Part shown: piece after piece, positions 59,550-64,000 of the stretch
Numbering within the stretch: the first letter of the stretch is position 1
Layout of the letters: each line of letters begins with the position of its first letter
Assembly (NCBI GenBank): GCA_965227295.1
Contig: OZ245742.1
Location: forward strand, 3,584,001 to 3,648,000
Direction: 5' to 3'
DNA length: 64,000 bases
DNA from: Leptonemataceae bacterium
GTDB lineage: Bacteria > Spirochaetota > Leptospiria > Leptospirales > Leptonemataceae
Program-made: the position numbers and the translations under genes
The notes under the pieces: model-generated
What the model was told of the DNA's origin: nothing
Databases searched by the model: none
What the model saw: only the letters and a program-made list of their open reading frames with translations

Positions 59550-60350
59550 TTACGCGGCCAACTTCCAGATCCCTTCGGCCGCCAGCGCCACGAAAAACCC
59601 CAGCGCCAGGAACACACCCAACGGAGCCGGGGCCCTGCGGTCGCGCTGAATCGCGTAGATGTATACGATGCTCCCGACGGCGCCGAGTTGAATCGTAACA
59701 AGGGCCCAGGGCACGCCGCCGTAGAGCGCCAGCACGCCGACTAATATCACATCTCCGAAACCTAAGCCGCGCATGCGCGAAAGAAAGAACAGCGCCAGGA
59801 ATATGAGCAGCGCGACGGCCGCGGTGAGCAGGTGCACCTGCAACAGGTCCCAGTCCCGATGACTGCGTTCTACGGTGGCGGCGGCGGACCAGAGGATTAA
59901 GAACAGGGCGTTTTCGTGATCCAGCAAGAAGTAGTTCCAGTCCGTTGCGATCGAAATGTAGAGATGCCCGCAGAGCAGGATCGTGAGCAGGGCCGCCACG
60001 GGAGACCAGCCGGCGGCCAGCAGCAGCGGAAAGAGCAGGCCTGGAAAGACCTCGCCGGCGAGGGTCCAGGGGCCGATGCGAATCTTACACGCGGAGCAGC
60101 GCCCGCCGGTCAGCACGTAACCCAGGATCGGCGTAAGATGCAGCGGATGAATGTTAGTGCCGCACGCGAAACAGTGGGACGGCCGGAAGAAGATTTCCCG
60201 CCAGCGATTCGGGAGTTTGCGGCCGGGGCCGTAGAAATAAAACAGCACGCGCGAGGCCAGGGCCGTGTAGAAACTTCCCAGCGTGAGGCCGAAGAACGTC
60301 GCCGCGGGGTAGACGATCACCGCGGGCAGATGCGCGAACGCATCATCCAT
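59550..60350 (-). CDS. Prepilin peptidase (A24)
   Basis: GSF, PSHCFAC, GRCSAC, GLGFGD and APLGVFL motifs. Confidence 0.88.
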   Translation of the reverse strand: MDDAFAHLPAVIVYPAATFFGLTLGSFYTALASRVLFYFYGPGRKLPNRWREIFFRPSHCFACGTNIHPLHLTPILGYVLTGGRCSACKIRIGPWTLAGEVFPGLLFPLLLAAGWSPVAALLTILLCGHLYISIATDWNYFLLDHENALFLILWSAAATVERSHRDWDLLQVHLLTAAVALLIFLALFFLSRMRGLGFGDVILVGVLALYGGVPWALVTIQLGAVGSIVYIYAIQRDRRAPAPLGVFLALGFFVALAAEGIWKLAA

Positions 60351-60351
60351 C

Positions 60352-61458
60352 TTACAGCAGATCCAGGAAAGCGTCCATGCCGCGTTCGAGGGTCGCGGAA
60401 TCGGTGGCGTAGGATATCCGCACGCGGTCCTGGGCCTGAGAGAAAATACGGCCGGGGACGATCAGCAGTTCCTTCTCCTGGATGGCCCGCTCAATGAACT
60501 CACGGTCCGTACCGGGGATGCGCGCCCAGACGTAAAAGGCCCCGCCGGGATACGTGAACTCGGTGCGGCCCTGCAAACGTTCCAGGCAATAATCGCGGTT
60601 GCGTTTGTATTCGGCGACGTACGCGGACATGTCTATGTCCAGTGCGGCGATGCCGGCCCACTGCACGGCGGAGGGCGCGCAGACCACGGTGTACTGCTGC
60701 AGCGTGGTCATGGCCTTGATGATGGGCTCGGGACCCGTTACGGCGGAAAGGCGCAGTCCGGTCATACTGTAGCTCTTCGAAAAACCCATGAAGGTAATCG
60801 TGTTTGAGTAGAACTTAGCGGCGGAGACGAACTGGCCCTCGTAGTCGAAGAGTTCGTAGATCTCGTCGGCGACGAGCAGAGCGCCGCCCCGGTCGGCCAG
60901 GTTCGCAAGCGAACGCAATTGTTCTTCGGTCATGACGTGGCCGGACGGATTCGACGGCGAACAGTAGATGATGAGCTTGAGGCCGTTCGGATCGATGCCG
61001 TCGAGGTCCGCGGCGCTGAAGGTCTCCGGCACGTACTCCACGCGCGCGCCCATGAAGTGCAGCATGCTGCGATAGATGAGAAACGCCGGATCGGTGAGCA
61101 GCACGCGATCGCCGGGATCGATAACGGCCTGGAAGAGGAGCTGGATCAACGACGATACGCCGGAACTCACGAGGATGCGGTCGGCCGGAGCGTCGAAGCC
61201 GTTCACCTCTTTGAATTTTCGGGACAGGCGTTCCCGCAGTTCGAGGATGCCCTGGGTTTGCGTGTAGGCGGTCTGGCCGCGGTTCAGGGCCTCGGTGACG
61301 GCCTCACGAATTTCGGACGGCGCGGCGAAGTGCGGCTGGCCGATGGAGAGGTTGATGGGATTCTTGAGGCTCGCCGCGAGCTGAAAGACCCGCCGGATTT
61401 CGGAGGTATCGATGCGGGCCATGCGTTCGGAGAAGATCTGCGGCGAAACCTGAGTCAT
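60352..61458 (-). CDS. Class I/II PLP-dependent aminotransferase
   Basis: NLSIGQP, SPSNPSG, DEIY and GFSKSYSMTGLR motifs. Confidence 0.93.
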   Translation of the reverse strand: MTQVSPQIFSERMARIDTSEIRRVFQLAASLKNPINLSIGQPHFAAPSEIREAVTEALNRGQTAYTQTQGILELRERLSRKFKEVNGFDAPADRILVSSGVSSLIQLLFQAVIDPGDRVLLTDPAFLIYRSMLHFMGARVEYVPETFSAADLDGIDPNGLKLIIYCSPSNPSGHVMTEEQLRSLANLADRGGALLVADEIYELFDYEGQFVSAAKFYSNTITFMGFSKSYSMTGLRLSAVTGPEPIIKAMTTLQQYTVVCAPSAVQWAGIAALDIDMSAYVAEYKRNRDYCLERLQGRTEFTYPGGAFYVWARIPGTDREFIERAIQEKELLIVPGRIFSQAQDRVRISYATDSATLERGMDAFLDLL

Positions 61459-61567
61459 ACACAGCCGAATGCCGGGGACGAGAGCCGACGTAAAGGCAAA
61501 TCCCGATCGTCCCCACGCACCGCTTGAAAAACTTGACTCACCGGTCATAATAAATCGAACTGACCGC

Positions 61568-64000
61568 ATGGAAACCGTGAAGATCGCCGGCCTGGACGTC
61601 CCCCGTTACCACGAGGATCCGGGCTGGATTCCGGAGACAAAGCTCATCCTGACGCCCACCACCCGGCGCAATCTCCAGAAAATCCTCCATCCACTGATGC
61701 ACGGCTACAATCTGTTGCTCGTGGGGGACGCCGGCGTTGGTAAGAATGCTCTCATCTATTACATCAACCAACTGCGCCGTCATCCCACCGTGCGGTACTC
61801 CTTCAATGAAGACACTTTGCCCGAGGACCTGGTAGGCGCGTATCGCATCGATCCGACGTCTCACGGCTTTGTCTGGGCCGATGGGCCGCTGGCTCATGCC
61901 ATGCGTACCGGCTCTACCTTCGTGGCGGACGAGATGAACCTGGCTCCCCCCGAGGTCCTCAAACGTTTTTACTCGGTCTTCACGGATCGTATGCTTCAAA
62001 TCCTGGAAGGGGATTCGACGGAGATCCAGGCCGGGCCGGCCTTCAACTTCGTGGCGACTCAGAACCCGGCAGAGGGCTTTGAGGGCCGCAAGAATCTGCC
62101 GCGGGAAATTCAGAAGTACTTCGCCACGATTTACGTGGACCCGTATCCCCACGACGAACTGGTCGAGATTCTGCACGGCCTGTATCCGGGGCTCGCCCGG
62201 GACACGGTGGACGGACTCGTGAAAGCGAACGACGGCGTGGAACGCTTGATCCTGGATCGTAAGATCGGATCCGCGGACCTCGAGCGCTATCATTTCAACA
62301 TTCGGAACCTGGGGCGTCTGGCCAATCGCGTTAGCAACGCAAGCAGCGGAACGGCCCCGGCGGAACTGGACGATATCTACGTGCGACCTTTCCGCAAAGA
62401 CGAGGATCGCCGCGCGATTCACGAGAGCCTGAAAGAAAACCTGAACGACGCTAAGATCGATTGGCCGGAAGCTTATAAAGAAGACTCCGGTGAGGACATC
62501 GAACTCCACGTGAGTACCGCGGAACGGGCCGTGCGCGTGGGGCGGGCATTCATTGAATATCAGGGCGACGACACCGACGACATCGCCTATCGTTCGATGG
62601 TGCGTACGGCATTCGAGGATTTTCCGCCGGTGACCGCGGCGCGGCCGGTCCTGGAAGCCGTCGCCCGGGCCGTGGAGATGGGTGAGAACATCCTCCTCGA
62701 ATGCGAAGCGGACGTCGAGCCCGAGGACTACGTGCACTTCTTCAGTGAACTGGCGGGCAAGCGCCTGGCGGTGATTACGCTTTCCCGCGGCATGCATACG
62801 GCGGATGTTCTCGGCGGGCTCAAACCCTCGGGCGACGATCCGACGAAAGGCGGCGACGCCGTGCGTTGGGTGGACGGCCCGCTCACCGCCGCGGTCCGGC
62901 GCGGCGACTACGTGTTATTGAAAGGCCTGGAGGCCGCCGGCCCGGAGCTGGTGGAAAAACTGAACATGCTACTGGACGACGCCCGCGCACTGATGCTGCC
63001 GCCGGAGTCGGGCGAGACGGAGCCGCTCAAGCTAACTGACGATGCGCGCATCTTTGCGCAGAAGTTTTTTCGTTTGCAACGGAGCACGCCGTCCATCTCC
63101 CGGGCGTTCCGGAACCGCTTCTCGGCGATCGTCGTGGAACCGATTACCGAGGAGATGAGTCTGCGGGAGATTGTGCAGAGCCGGTTGGGCCTGGATCTGC
63201 TGGAAGATGAGCTGAACCCCGAGACGACGGGCAAGATCGTAAACAGCCTGGTGAAATTCCACGGGACGTTGCGCGAACAGTCCGCGAAGCGCGAGATCGG
63301 TTCCGGCAACATTCAGCCGTACCAGTTCGGTCTCACGAATTTGCGCCGCTGGTGTGAGCATGTGCGCGCTGGCCTCGGCGGTTTCGGCGAAAGCGGTGCG
63401 GCGAACCAGGACGGACTGCGCCAGGAACTCCAGCAATTGCTGTTGCGCGGCGCGGGGGTGGCGTACATCAACGAAATCTCGGACCCGCGCGAGCGGGACC
63501 GCGCGGCGCAGTTGCTCGATAACCTGCTGTCCGGGCTGCCCATCGAAGAGCTGCTGGAGGCGTTCCGGGCGGCCTCAAAAAAAAAAGAGATAAATCAGAA
63601 AAAGACTAACGTTCGCAAGATCTGGTGGGACCAGGACGAACACTTTCGTGAGGCGAACACCGGCAAGTTCAAGCCGAAGCTGGACGGCCGCGATCTCAAA
63701 CAGGGCATCAACATCGACACCCCCGAAACCGGCGGCAATCGCAAAGAAGGCGAGGACGCCTGGTATGGCTCCGACACCCAGGGCAATCAGGGCCAGGGCG
63801 AACCGGGAGCCGGGGGCGGGGCCTGGGGCTATCGCACCGAAGAGCTCTACAAGGAATTTCTGAAAAAACGCCGCGCGCTCTGGGACTACAACATCGGCGT
63901 TACGCTGAAGGATTTCAAAGAGACGTTTGAGGGCGAGATCAATCGCGTGACCATCGACTTCGATCGGCTGCTGGACCCGCAGGTGGACATCGATCGTCGG
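61568..64000 (+). CDS. Large tandem AAA+ (dynein-related/MoxR-like) ATPase, VWA8/midasin-like; runs off the window end and is absent from the ORF track
   Basis: GDAGVGKN Walker A, W.DGPL..A, DEMNLA and ATQNP motifs; second module with degenerate Walker motifs and SRAFRNRF; Gly-rich segment GNQGQGEPGAGGGAWGYR. Confidence 0.85.
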   Translation, partial: METVKIAGLDVPRYHEDPGWIPETKLILTPTTRRNLQKILHPLMHGYNLLLVGDAGVGKNALIYYINQLRRHPTVRYSFNEDTLPEDLVGAYRIDPTSHGFVWADGPLAHAMRTGSTFVADEMNLAPPEVLKRFYSVFTDRMLQILEGDSTEIQAGPAFNFVATQNPAEGFEGRKNLPREIQKYFATIYVDPYPHDELVEILHGLYPGLARDTVDGLVKANDGVERLILDRKIGSADLERYHFNIRNLGRLANRVSNASSGTAPAELDDIYVRPFRKDEDRRAIHESLKENLNDAKIDWPEAYKEDSGEDIELHVSTAERAVRVGRAFIEYQGDDTDDIAYRSMVRTAFEDFPPVTAARPVLEAVARAVEMGENILLECEADVEPEDYVHFFSELAGKRLAVITLSRGMHTADVLGGLKPSGDDPTKGGDAVRWVDGPLTAAVRRGDYVLLKGLEAAGPELVEKLNMLLDDARALMLPPESGETEPLKLTDDARIFAQKFFRLQRSTPSISRAFRNRFSAIVVEPITEEMSLREIVQSRLGLDLLEDELNPETTGKIVNSLVKFHGTLREQSAKREIGSGNIQPYQFGLTNLRRWCEHVRAGLGGFGESGAANQDGLRQELQQLLLRGAGVAYINEISDPRERDRAAQLLDNLLSGLPIEELLEAFRAASKKKEINQKKTNVRKIWWDQDEHFREANTGKFKPKLDGRDLKQGINIDTPETGGNRKEGEDAWYGSDTQGNQGQGEPGAGGGAWGYRTEELYKEFLKKRRALWDYNIGVTLKDFKETFEGEINRVTIDFDRLLDPQVDIDRR

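Noticed and set aside
61538..62797. 419-aa minus ORF
   Set aside because: Shadow of the plus-strand AAA+ gene that the ORF track omitted because it has no stop within the window.

Overview
GC-rich chromosomal window from a spirochaete, most likely a free-living Leptospiraceae. Evidence for this: an FcpA-like flagellar sheath paralogue, an MBL/cNMP protein, a tig-clpP-clpX operon plus a second clpP, and tRNAs without encoded CCA. Most of the window is housekeeping: lgt, pepP, folC, aroE, fliD, sucA, moeB, rsmD, eno, tig, clpP x2, clpX, tatAC, trxA and five tRNAs. No integrase, transposase, cas gene, CRISPR array or rRNA was seen. The most unusual items are: (1) a non-coding tandem array of about 2.6 diverged ~330-bp units at 8.5-9.4 kb, each apparently folding into a long imperfect hairpin; (2) the tig/clpX-linked ClpP has lost its catalytic Ser and Asp (ClpR-like); (3) five dispersed bipartite palindromes built from CCGAG/CAGAG subrepeats, one co-opted into a signal peptide and two closing duplicated hydrolase genes; (4) an A10 run after the AAA+ modules of a large ATPase, with stops in both shifted frames; (5) several probable CTG start codons. 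All calls were made by eye from sequence and motifs, without database searches.
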